Source: Trichoplax sp. H2 (lineage: Eukaryota). From it: DNA of 64,000 nt. The stretch is from NCBI GenBank assembly GCA_003344405.1, contig NOWV01000148.1, forward strand, positions 124,001 through 188,000, in the 5' to 3' direction. The position numbers and the translations under genes were made by a program. Shown here piece by piece: positions 39,992-52,433 of this stretch. Each line of letters opens with the position of its first letter. Position 1 is the first letter of the stretch. The notes under the pieces were generated by a model. It was not told where the DNA came from and made no database searches. It saw nothing but the letters and a program-made list of their open reading frames with translations.

Positions 39992-42900
39992 TTCAACTGT
40001 ATTAAGCGTCACTAATATTCTGAAATTAGTACATGGATAGCAGTAGGACCACCTTTTAAGATCAGTATGTTACAGTTATAATTTGGCATCAACTTATATA
40101 TACTATATATATATTATATCAATATAATAAAATGGCATAGGAGGGACTTCAATCGCTATATAACCAATAGTAGAAATTACGTTGTATTGGATATGTAAAT
40201 CATAGCGGATGCAGCGTAAGCAAATAAAACTAATGATGACTGTGAATAAATTGTTACTTAGCGAAATTAATTCATTTACCATATACGCAGTAGACTAAGA
40301 CTACTACTGAAATAAAACATTCAATAGTATGTCAATAACTATAATAGTTTTCGACATCCGAAAGGATTTATTTTATCTTCAGATTAATGAATTTGAATCT
40401 TCGGGAAGGGGAGTGTTTTAAACATCTGTAATCAGTATTTTGATTTATATTAGCCGGCAGAAAACGATTTTATAAGATTGAATGAGAAATGTGTTTGTTA
40501 TATATCTTTACTCAATTTATCACGAAAAGAATTCAATAAAAACAACCGTCTCTTGTTTTCTGGGACATCAATTGTTTACATAGGTCGATAACATTGTTAT
40601 GATAATATTGTTGGGAATGATAGGCGTATTTATTAGATTAATGGTTCTGATTAGAACGATATCAAATTAAAACGGAAAGTCAGGGAAACTAATTCACCTA
40701 CATCTTATATTTCCTTCTTCCTAATCATCGATAATGTTACTACAAGAGTAGTGAGAATGTTGATATCCAATTTTTTTATAAATGCTAGTTCTATGCTGTA
40801 AATGTACAGTATACAGGGAAAAATATGATTCAGATCATATTCCCAATTTCTGTGGATTGTAGATTAGCAGAGATAGCTCGTAGTAGAGACGAGATGTAAA
40901 TCTAGAAGCAAATTGATATTTTAAAACTGTATCAGTAGAATGTCAGTACATTTTTTTCTATTACAGTCAAGAATGATTTCATCACTATCAAACTAATCTT
41001 CAAGGCGGGCAAAAATTTAATTCGAATGAACATGGAGCACATGTTCACGTTGATAATTTACAATTTATTTGATTTGCTGGGATTAAAAACAAGATCAGTG
41101 TTAATATTCATGAAACGGTTAAGTAAACATCGTGTAAGTACAAGCTATTAAGCAGTAGCCTATTAAATTAATTTATTTATACTTCAAAGGATAGGCTACG
41201 ATTGAAGTAGGAGATCGGTTTAATATTATTTACGGGTTAGTATGAAAAATTTTTATATAAATAAATTATAAATTAAATCAGTTGAAATATTCATATTTGT
41301 AGTTGATCATTTGCTTTGATTTTATTCGGCTGGATGCCATACTGACATTTCTAAAGCTGAAAGCACAATAATATTTTCGCTTGTATTCAACCATTAATAC
41401 TAAGTAAAAAGAACTACTGGGGCCCCCGCAAATAGTATAGCATCACAAACACATATACGTGCTCATCAACTGTGCAGTTAGTTCATTATTATTCGATAAC
41501 CTGTTGCTATTCATTTTTGCATCATAATATGTAATTAAGCCCGTATGGTGATTCATATTGTATATTAATATATTCAGTAAAATCTTTTACGCTAATGTCA
41601 CCAATTAATACAATGTATTACGTAAAGAAAAATCAAATTGATGAAGTGATAAATACCGTATAAATAGCAGTATTAATGTTAATGACGTCTGAAAATCGAA
41701 CAGTTTTCTAATAAATTATTTTAGCGATTGCGATAGAGATACCGACTTTAGCTGTACTTATAATCCACAAGCATGAGATGACTCTAATTATATTATAGAC
41801 ATGGAATAAATGGAAAGAAATCATGTTTTAACTACGTTGGCATCAAAATAATATTGAATGTCAAACATAATTAAAGGTATAGTTTTTGACTAATGTGATA
41901 ATGCAATTTTTAAGGAGGATGATCTTTCTATTCTACTAAAGACTTCTCTATCCCAGTCAGGATTTTATCTGGAATGATTTTTATGCAAGATATTAAATAT
42001 CCAACTATACCTTAATTTTAAACTTATGGTCTGTTCTGATCAGTGGGATTAAATTAAAAATACATATAATAATACTTGACGTCTATACTTTAATTAGAAG
42101 GTATAATCTTTCCCTTAGAGCGAGTATGGAATCAGAAAGAGTGATCTTGTCATGAGTAGTATTAAATTTAATATTTTCCTATTGTTGGCATTTCAGTTAT
42201 ATTTTAATTGTCCCCTTTTATATGATTTAACTACGAATTTTATTTAAATTGGCTTATTGAATGTGCCAGTTTTTAAACATCATGATGTTATGCAAATGAA
42301 ATGTATCATTTATATTGGCATTTACAGTAGCAGGATAAAAACAACTTTCAGATCGCTTCTAATAGCTTGATATTAAATATGAAAAGCTATGATAGCATTT
42401 AAGCGTAGGCAACAATCTATTCACAGATAATTACTATAGCGGCTATGCTTCACTATACTAAATTATCTTGGTGTATAGATTTGGAGATAATTAATTTACT
42501 TGAGCTCTGATTTTTGCGGTGCAGCATTCCAACTAATATTACTTACAGAGACTACCATTAATTAAGCTTTGAGATACTAGATTACTGTCAATCTACTAAT
42601 CTCTAGTTATATAAATTGTGTCTAGCTTCGATTTTGTGATCGACAAAATATACGACTACATCACAATTTGATATCATCTATTTTGAACATAATATTGACT
42701 TTCGTTTAGGGTGCAAGCCTAAGATTGATTTCTAACCACCACCAAACAATTATCGTGGATAAAATTCCGTACGAAAGTCTTCTATGACCCATCATGATTT
42801 ACCACAAAACAATCTACCTTGACACTTTGTACATTCCTTGCATTAAGATAGCTATTAAATTAAGTGCGTAGCACTAGATTAGTGGTCGTTGTTAAAAGTC

Positions 42901-43343
42901 TACTATAATCAGAAATGCAGCATTAATACGGGCGAGTACTAGCACAATCCGCAGCATAGTTAGTATCAGATACACACTGGTTACGATGATTACTTAGTCT
43001 GATTCAAATTCATAGACAATAATCATGATCCAATCAGTTATAGCTCAAATGGGGATCTAATAGTATTGCAAACCAACAAAATCTGATCCTGTCTCATTGA
43101 AAATTGAATTCATTTTATGAATCCACGAGGGGTTACTTCATGTCGCAGCGAAGTTGAAGCCTAATGTTATAATAATACATAAATGTGTAGATATTGTTGC
43201 AGTCAAGATTTTATTATCTAAATGGTATATTTGGACATAAAATAGTCAACCAATCAAAATATGATCGCAGTCCCTGGCAGCATGTTGGTGCTGCATTTGG
43301 ATATCATTCACTAAAAGTACCGCTGGAGAGCTTACTGTAATCG

Positions 43344-44941
43344 CTACAATATATGTCCGAGCTCGTTGAAGCCGTCGTGGTCAGAGCAAGATTTATACCA
43401 TCTTTGAATATTATTGGGTAATGATCCTGCTATTCCAGATTGCTTGACAGCGGAAAATAGTACAATATCTGCTAGCGACACTCTATCACCAAGCAACCAT
43501 TGAGATTTGCCAATTTTAGCGTTGATGTTGCGAAGTGTTGCATTTTGTTCACGATTATTGCCATTGAGCAAGCTCGTTTCGATAGAATCGAGTAAGGAAT
43601 CAATTTCTGTTGACATCACAGCATCAGAATCATCGTATAAGATAGGAAGAAATAAGCGACATAGATAACGTGCAATATTTCCATCGCCTACGATTGCCGT
43701 ATGACTAACACCATCCACTTTCAAGATTGGACAGTCATCTGCGAAGAAAGATGACGATGTTAGTGAAAAGATACAATGTCCAATTTTAAGTTTGTAATCC
43801 TATCCAAGCTAAGCGTAGTTAAAAAATATGCTTGTATTGGTATTACATTGTCCATGTCATACGATGCATCGATTTTTTTAACTTACCGTTTGTTATCATG
43901 ACTGATATAAGAATCCCTTGTCGTCTGGTATGAACTCCGGTATTATATCTTGCTAGCCATTTGCATGTATTGCTTGGTATTGCGCTTGTGAAGGAAGAGT
44001 GCAAATGCGTGGAGAAAGTACATTGGCGGCCACGCTTGACTAATAACTTTTGTAATATGACGGTTGAAAGAGGTAAAGCATTGGGTGACGACGTAATGAC
44101 AACATTGACTGCCGCATTCTCCTAAAAGAGTGATGGTGATAATTTAAAATAGGTCAGTATCCAACGGCTTTCTATCCGTACAGACACCAAATGCACTTTA
44201 AGTGAAGGCAGGTTTATTACAAAGTGGTAGAAATTGAATTAGCAAGACAACGTACGATAAGCAACCAACGTAACGGTTACAACTATCACAATTTTACGGA
44301 CCATTGTCATGATTTGCATCTAAGATCATTACTATTTTTACCTCTGGCTCTGGAATCGTCACACCATGTTGTTGAGCGATCTTGTTGACTTTCAATTTTA
44401 AATCTTGAAGTTGAGCTAATAGATTCACTTGACGTTGTTCTAGCTGGCGTATATCCTCCATCATCTCCTATTGATTTCCGAGAATACCATGACTCAACCA
44501 ATGCATCAAGTTACATTTCTACAAAGTTAGCGTTAGACGTTGTACTCTAGCAACTATAAAAATACGCTTTATTGCATCCATGCCTCGTTAGTCAGTTGGT
44601 GTTTCTATGGAGATTGGAAGCTATCCAACACTACAAATGACTCACTCCCTATCGTACTACACTCGCTAAACACTATCCATTCATGTCAATACTTGGTTAA
44701 AGCCAACCAATGATACTGTTGTCATTTCAACGCGTTCTTACTTATCTACCGTCATCATCCTTCTATCTTGGCTATTTATATCACAACATACCTCTTCTTT
44801 TCCACTGTTTTCCTGCTTGCCGTGATGGCTATTCCTATGTTGATGATCGCTATAAAAGCTGTCCACCTTGTACATACAAGTCGGTAAATCGGTTGGTTGG
44901 GCGACCGATACTGGAGGATCAACTTCAAACATGGACGACAT
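43344..44941 (-). CDS. AIMP2: Aminoacyl-tRNA synthetase complex-interacting multifunctional protein 2; 4 exons (44941-44792, 44467-44342, 44121-43887, ~43738-43344)
   Basis: DLPTCMY motif, coiled coil LEQRQVNLLAQLQDLKLKV, VVITSSPNALPLS...STHLHSS, and GST-C-like IVGDGNIARYL...WLLGDRVSLADIVL...NIQRW. Confidence 0.93.
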
Positions 44942-46959
44942 ACTTAGCTTCAACCGGTTGATTCAGCGCGTGCTTCTAGCCAGTCAGTCTACAGCACGTC
45001 AGTCTACAGTACGGTACGTCCGTCGACGGTCAGATGCAGCGAGTGTCGTGAGATGCGGTTATAGTATGCGATGGTTATTGAGCATGAGCAGTACCAGATG
45101 CTTTCTGTCTCTAATCTCTCCAAGAGCATGCGTAATTATGTACTGGACTGATCTGGACCGTAACTGGACTGTTACTCAGTGACGCGACAGAATGAGAGTG
45201 CGTAGTTGCTCGTAAACGGCTAGACAGGAAGGTGCTTGCGTCATAGTGTGAAGAAAAAAACTTGAAAATGTTTTTTTCATTTTTTTTCCTCTATGGCTTG
45301 CGTACATATTGTGTTATTCCGTAATATTGTACATAGTACATTGTTAACACAAGGACCAAGATTTCTAGTACTGTAGTCCTTTATGTTATTTTGTGCTGGT
45401 TGCAGCTGATGTTATTGGTTAAAACATGGACTACGACTAGGAAAAATACCTCGATAAGAAGTCGTTATGAAATTTATCTGGACGGACGGGTGTTCTGCCT
45501 ACTTTGATAGTCTTTACCGCCTATTTCCTGATAATGGATCATAAGAATCAATTCCAAAATTGCAAATATAATTTCCAGGAAAGACTATCACTTTGTTGTA
45601 AACATCATTGAATTATTATAATTAAATTCTGTGATATCCAATTGATAAAGGTAAGAGAAAATATTAAATGCAGTACTTTTATAACGTCAGGCAATTGTTC
45701 ATCAATTGATTTTGATAATTATTTTACCTGATGCATACTAATAATTGTAATTACACATTCTAGATTAGCCATTGCTGTAAAAGTGCAGTTCGAGGTAGAA
45801 AATACGTAGTGCTCTATCATATTTTATGCCAATATTTTATATTATGCGTATATACGAATATTGACATAAAAATATACAAGTTAATGTCCTACTTCACTGT
45901 AATTTTTTCTCTTACAGTATGCTAAGGAGCTAAAGCACCTAAGTAAAATATACTATTGATATAGATTTTATCACGTAATACGTCATTAAGTTTTGTAATG
46001 TTACCATAATGTATATCTTAATCATGTATCATAATAGGATTGTACGCCTGCGAGATTCGTAACGGTATTAAAGGTAAAGTCCGTAAGCTATCCGTGAAGA
46101 TAATTATGAATAGCGTATGTTGGTTTTAAAGCTGATTGGCTGTTTGGCATATTTATCTAGGTAGTAACTTCTAATTCATATTAGGCTTGCTATACGGTTT
46201 TATTAAAATGCGTATCATAAAGCTGGTATGTTTAGCATAAATCTGAAGAAAGATTAATAGAACTAGAAAATAAATATTTATGACTTATAATAGCTAGAGT
46301 TGCATGTTGCTTTTGTGGAAAAGAAGTATCATACAAATTGTAAAAATGTGATAAAGTTCAGGCTAATAAAAATCTTTTTATAATTTAGTTCTTTAGTATG
46401 AACGCGTATTATTATAATGTATAAGTAATTCCTGTATATAATTTTTAGGAGGATAGATATGTTTCAAAACTTATCTGTACTTTACGATGACGGTTTAGTT
46501 GGAAAAAAGGAGGGCATTGTCATTCACGTTTTTATTTCTAATTTATGAATATAATGTTTTGTCTTTCATTTTATAGCTAGCTTATTATTTTCGATTATTT
46601 TCGTTGCTTACTGTTTCCAGCAGCATTAGTGAATGTAAACAGTTTGCAACTGTCTTTAAATGATTTATTAACCTCTTAACGTTTATGTCATTTACATCGT
46701 TGTAAGTAGTCAATTTTATGGATTTTGCTAGGAACTATTATTAAACACTTGGTAGATACCATTTTTTGAAATTTGCAGTAAAGGATGTCATTGCAATTTT
46801 TACAATTGTGTTAGCTTCTCTCAATCTAAAGATTTCTCATTGCATTTTCAATACGAAACCTTCATTTGGCTATGGATCGTAATTATTATCATAAAATTGA
46901 AATGATAAAGAGCATTATTAAGAGCAGATAGCATGATATAATTATGTATAGTCCAATAA

Positions 46960-47420
46960 ATGATCAACAATATTATTAGGTTTTGTTTTTACTTATCTAC
47001 TTTGCTAGCAACCATAACACTGGTATTTTATTTTATATTTCCAAAAGTTCAATTTGCTAAATTTGAGTTAGGTCATTTTTTACAATTGCTATACGTCGAA
47101 TTATGTAAGAAGGTATAATTTATTCTTATTGGTCTGCGGAATATTCTAGGAGTACTACAGTTAAGATGGCACAATAATTTTGTTGCTATAACACCTCGGC
47201 CAGATTTCTTCAGTGATTATTAGTAAAATAATACTCTAGATAGAAGTATTTAGCGTTGTCGAATAATATAAGTATTTGCATAGATATTTTACAGTCTTAG
47301 GTATCAAACATAATTATCAACTCTAGCGTAGCCTGGGGTGGTATCCAGCTTCAACTGATTTTCTAGTAAAGAGCTTACAATATGGAATGTAGTATTCTAT
47401 TGCATGATTTTGTAAGAAAT
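46960..47420 (+). pseudogene. Decayed multi-TM receptor remnant, class B/adhesion-GPCR-like
   Basis: Reads LSTLLATITLVFYFIFPKVQFAKFELGHFLQLLYVEL...(frameshift)TIILLL*HLGQISSVIISKIIL*IEVF...SVAWGG, with in-frame stops. Confidence 0.35.
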
Positions 47421-49102
47421 TGTGAGAGGTTAGAAATTAATTAAATCCAATTATCCGCTTTATCTTAGTCACTTTCGACTGCTCTTATTGGAAGGAAAAG
47501 TGATTATACGACGTGACAAGTCCAACTCTTAAAATATCCTATCATTACGACCTACTACGGTATCAAACTATTAAATAAAATTGAAACTTGTGAATATTAT
47601 TTCGTTCTGATGCAGTACAAGTCGGTGATTCACAGTCGCAATTACCGCTAAATCCGTTTCACTATTAATTTACTAGCAATACTTTTGCTATAGGGATCTT
47701 TGCAAAATTCCTAATTTAGATAGAGCATTGATCGCTAGTTTCGAATAGGAATTGCCACGATAGTATCATTTCTAGATGTGACGCGCTAAATGATCTAATA
47801 TGCTGAGTAATGTCACTACTCAAATGATAATAAATGGTAGTCAATTATTTTAATGAACTATTGAATAGCACTTCTTTTCTGATATCGAATAAGGTACAAT
47901 TGTGCTTTCGACAGATAATGGCATAAACTGCGATTTCTTGTAAAATTTTGCTTTACTACATTTACTTTGCTAGTCTTAATTAACATATACTAACAGCTTA
48001 TTCACTATAGCAATCTACAGTTACCTAAATGAAAGGCCTTCAACTACATAATATCATTAATATCACAATATCTACCAGCAGCGAGTTATTTCATTCAATT
48101 ATTGAATAGCTTACTTTTCCAATACTGTGTACTACATGATATCATTTATCTCATATTATTGTATCGTCTAGAAATAGGTATTTAGAGTCTTAAACTGATT
48201 TTGAGGTAGCATTATACATGGATTAGCCATCCAAATACTTTTCATAATAATCATATCACCGATGGCAGTATTTGTATTTCTTGCTTTCTAGTTTAGTTTA
48301 ATTGAAGGAATATATGCTGTTCATTTAACCTTCCCTTTATTCCAGATTAATTAACATGTGTAATGAAGATTGGTCAGTCATTTGCACTATATAGATAGAT
48401 TATTGACCTTATTATCTCTCGTATAGCTCTTTAAGTTTCTTAATCGTTGTTAGTACCAGCGCATCTTAAGAGTAAGATAAGCTAAGATTATAGTTCTGTA
48501 ATATACCTAAACGATTAAGCATAGGAACTTAAGATGATCACTTTATAGCGTTTGCCGATTTGCTATATTCTTTTTCAAATGACAATTGTGATAACTGTAA
48601 CCAAATTTTTGCAATTGCTATTGATTTATTCTATTTTCTTGAATTTTCAAATTAATTACATCAGGTATGAAACCCAATTTTTATGTTAAGTGCTATTACT
48701 ATTTCCATTAGTTTTAAAGTTTTAATCCAAGAATTGAATATCGGCGATAAAATCAACAAATATATTCATGGACTCATTCATACTGATTATGGTTAGTTAG
48801 ATACGAGTACTATCCATTAGCTTCAGAGCAACCCATAGAAAACTTCACTTCAAGTTACTAAACTCCAAATAGTATGCCACTTGTAAGCTATACAAGGTCA
48901 TACGCTCTTTTAGATCAGAAAATATGCAAACCCAACATTATTTATTCATAGTCTGTGCGTTACTGGTAAACAGTACGTACCGACGAAGTAAACAAAGAAG
49001 AAATGTTTTGTACTGTAAGCAAATATTTACCTTTCCGTTACTGTTTGAATTCGTAATTTTAAATACATAATATTTTTGAATACCTTCGATTGAATTCATC
49101 AA

Positions 49103-50164
49103 CTATGTAGTATTTAATCTGCCTCTTGATGTAACAATATCGCTACTAGGTGCAACCCCACGTCTTTTAGATTCAAAATTAGCACTTAAAACCATGAATA
49201 GAACTGGATTAACAGCCGCGTTCAGATATAGTAACAGGACCAAAGTAGGAAATAAATCAGTTTCTTCTGGCTTATAGTTTGGTATAAATTGGCCAAGAAT
49301 AGAAAATATCATGATAGGCAAATATGTAAATACATTGGTAAATACAACAGAAGCCAATATAAGACTAACACGTTTTTCAATGCGAGAAGATGAATTAGAT
49401 TTGAATAATGATCTGGATTGCTTCAATTTCATGCATATTATAATATACAATATCATTGATGTAGTATGCATGCTAAAGCCCAAAAATAATTCAATATACA
49501 AAACTGCTAGTACCATAAAGCCCTTTGAGGAATCGGTATTACAGAATTGTCCAAGTATGTCAAAACGAGTTGAGTGATGTACAGTTGCACCATGCGCTGA
49601 AAGTAGGCCAATCGTGAAAGCAACAATAAAACCTAAAAGCCAAAATATAGTAGCGACGACACGAGCATCTTTGATTGTAATTTTGCGACGACTATGGGGA
49701 AATACAACCAAGATATATCGATCAACTGCTACTATAAACGTCATTGAGATTGATATAACTAGGGACAGTTGGCTCAGAATTCTTTCCATCGTACATGTAG
49801 GGCTAATTATCCACTCATTTTCAATACTGGAATAATTAGGGTATGGTCCATACTTATTTCGATAGTGGTTTGTGTAAGAGCTATCGCTAATAGCCAAAAT
49901 TACTAAGTATAAACTGCTGACCAAGTCACCAAGGCTTAAATTAAACAGCAAAAAGATGGATGGATTTCGACTAATGAGAAGTCTATAGCGATTATTCACT
50001 ATTAAATATTTTGTAAAAATTGTCTTAGATTTATGGTAATTTAGTAGAAGTAATTCCGCAATAATGATAATATTGCAGGGCAAACTAACTAAACCTAACG
50101 ACCAACATAGTCCACGAACAATATTATAGTGAAGAAATACTGAATAAGAACTGTAATTCAACAT
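49103..50164 (-). CDS. Rhodopsin-class GPCR with an RXFP/LGR(GRL101)-like 7TM domain
   Basis: 353-aa ORF with 7 hydrophobic segments: NLSLGDL (TM2), W..SPTC, VDRYILVVFP (TM3), TYLP (TM6) and NAAVNPVLF (TM7). Confidence 0.9.
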   Translation of the reverse strand: MLNYSSYSVFLHYNIVRGLCWSLGLVSLPCNIIIIAELLLLNYHKSKTIFTKYLIVNNRYRLLISRNPSIFLLFNLSLGDLVSSLYLVILAISDSSYTNHYRNKYGPYPNYSSIENEWIISPTCTMERILSQLSLVISISMTFIVAVDRYILVVFPHSRRKITIKDARVVATIFWLLGFIVAFTIGLLSAHGATVHHSTRFDILGQFCNTDSSKGFMVLAVLYIELFLGFSMHTTSMILYIIICMKLKQSRSLFKSNSSSRIEKRVSLILASVVFTNVFTYLPIMIFSILGQFIPNYKPEETDLFPTLVLLLYLNAAVNPVLFMVLSANFESKRRGVAPSSDIVTSRGRLNTT

Positions 50165-50315
50165 TTTATCGTTATCGTTATTAAACTACTTATCGTTATG
50201 TTGATATTGCAGAAGATAGACAATGGTAAAACGATCAAACCAAAGTATTGCGTATCGAAAATGTCGTAAGTTAAGTTCTTTTCGGTAAATATAAAACAGT
50301 CCAGGATCAGAACAC

Positions 50316-50733
50316 TGTAAGACAGTGTAATATTGTATTCTAAGTTGATGATATATTTAGTAATGTCTACCGTAGGTGTTGTGTTCAACATGTGATAGAT
50401 ATACTCGTTAGAAGCTTAAGTATTAAATATAGCTAGCTTAGTAGCTGTAATCCTTTTGAAGAGGAGCGCTACAGTGCTCACACTAGAGCTTCACATGAAA
50501 GGTGTAAACTAGCCTGTATTTGAGATGCTAATACTGAAGTGTGTAGTAAGTAAGGTGCTAAGACTGTAAACGCGGAAAGGTATATAAGCGAGTAGTTTAG
50601 TATAGTAAGCTAGTTCTTTCTCGTTAGAGGTCCTCAGCTAATTGATTACGTTGTATCTTCATAAAGGAGGTTTTGTTCAATAAATCTTAATTTACTAAAG
50701 TTTTTTGAAGATTCTTGATCTATCAACCTCACA
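50316..50733 (+). mobile_element. Solo LTR (418 bp) with 5-bp target-site duplication AACAC
   Basis: Begins TGTAAG and ends CTCACA. AACAC lies at 50311-50315 and 50734-50738, and the empty site is visible at 51833-51837. TATATAA is at 50581 and AATAAA at 50679. Confidence 0.88.
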
Positions 50734-51334
50734 AACACCCAGCGCAAAATTCAGATAGATTGTCAAGTATCATATAATAAAATCTGACGGTAATCTTAAT
50801 CACTATTAGTAGTAGTAGTAGTAGCAGGTCAGCTATTTTATTAATGAGAAAGAAAAAAGGTGATGCCAATTTCGGAACTGTGATACATAAACAAAATTGC
50901 AAATAGATGCTTACTTCAAAGCTGTTACTCTTCAGATTTTTATGCTATAAATCGGACTGTATAAAATTTCAATCCAGGATTAATGCTTTTGATTCAATCA
51001 AGTCGACGTGTATTAAATCGACATACTGTAATAAGAAAAAGGTTGATAGATAAGATCTATAAATTAACAACAAATATCTGAATTGTCACTTTTTACTATA
51101 GCAACCTATAACTCACAATTTTGAATCTTTTTTCCAAACTGAATAGGCTATTCCAATAATTAATGAATACTTAATCAATTCATAAATTTATAAAAGGATG
51201 CTATTAATAATTAAAGAATAAAGACGTAAATTCTATTATTAATTAAATACTACCTAAGCTATTACTCTGAATTATCATCTTACATAATGACCTTTCCTAA
51301 GATTGAATGTATTAACGGTAAATGCATAGAAATA

Positions 51335-51354
51335 NNNNNNNNNNNNNNNNNNNN
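51335..51354. other. Assembly gap (20 N)
   Basis: Run of N. Confidence 1.
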
Positions 51355-52433
51355 TAATTAGGGTATGGTCCATACTTATTTCGATAGTGGTTTGTGTAAG
51401 AGCTATCGCTAATAGCCAAAATTACTAAGTATAAACTGCTGACCAAGTCACCAAGGCTTAAATTAAACAGCAAAAAGATGGATGGATTTCGACTAATGAG
51501 AAATCTATAGCGATTATTCACTATTAAATTTTTTGTAAAAATTGTCTTAGATTTATGGTAATTTAGTAGAAGTAATTCCGCAATAATGATAATATTGCAG
51601 GGCAAACTAACTAAACCTAACGACCAACATAGTCCACGAACAATATTATAGTGAAGAAATACTGAATAAGAACTGTAATTCAACATTTTATCGTTATCGT
51701 TATTAAACTACTTATCGTTATGTTGATATTGCAGAAGATAGACAATGGTAAAACGATCAAACCAAAGTATTGCGTATCGAAAATGTCGTAAGTTAAGTTT
51801 TTTTCGGTAAATATAAAACAGTCCAGGATCAGAACACCCAGCGCAAAATTCAGATAGATTGTCAAGTATCATATAATAAAATCTAACGATAATCTTAATC
51901 ACTATTAGTAGTAGTAGTAGTAGCAGGTCAGCTATTTTATTAATGAGAAAGAAAAAAGGTGATGCCAATTTCGGAACTGTGATACATAAACAAAATTGCA
52001 AATAGATGCTTACTTCAAAGCTGTTACTCTTCAGATTTTTATGCTATAAATCGGACTGTATAAAATTTCAATCCAGGATTAATGCTTTTGATTCAATCAA
52101 GTCGACGTGTATTAAATCGACATACTGTAATAAGAAAAAGGTTGATAGATAAGATCTATAAATTAACAACAAATATCTGAATTGTCACTTTTTACTATAG
52201 CAACCTATAACTCACAATTTTGAATCTTTTTTCCAAACTGAATAGGCTATTCCAATAATTAATGAATACTTAATCAATTCATAAATTTATAAAAGGATGC
52301 TATTAATAATTAAAGAATAAAGACGTAAATTCTATTATTAATTAAATACTACCTAAGCTATTACTCTGAATTATCATCTTACATAATGACCTTTCCTAAG
52401 ATTGAATGTATTAACGGTAAATGCATAGAAATA
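51355..52433. repeat. Near-identical second copy of 49833-51334 without the LTR insertion; probably the alternate haplotype, and includes the 5' part of the GPCR ORF
   Basis: The copy is 1079 bp, equal to 1502 bp minus 423 bp (LTR plus TSD). About five substitutions were seen. The copies abut the gap exactly. Confidence 0.9.

Noticed and set aside
44868-45182. 104-aa plus-strand ORF at the AIMP2 5' end
   Set aside because: It is antisense to exon 1 in GC-richer promoter DNA, where chance ORFs are common.
49311-49835. Plus-strand ORFs overlapping the GPCR
   Set aside because: They are antisense shadows with no recognisable motifs.
50158-50391. 77-aa ORF starting inside the LTR
   Set aside because: It is a chimera across the insertion junction, low-complexity, with no recognisable domain.
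51312-51686. Second GPCR gene
   Set aside because: It is truncated by the gap and nearly identical to the first copy; it is best explained as the other allele.
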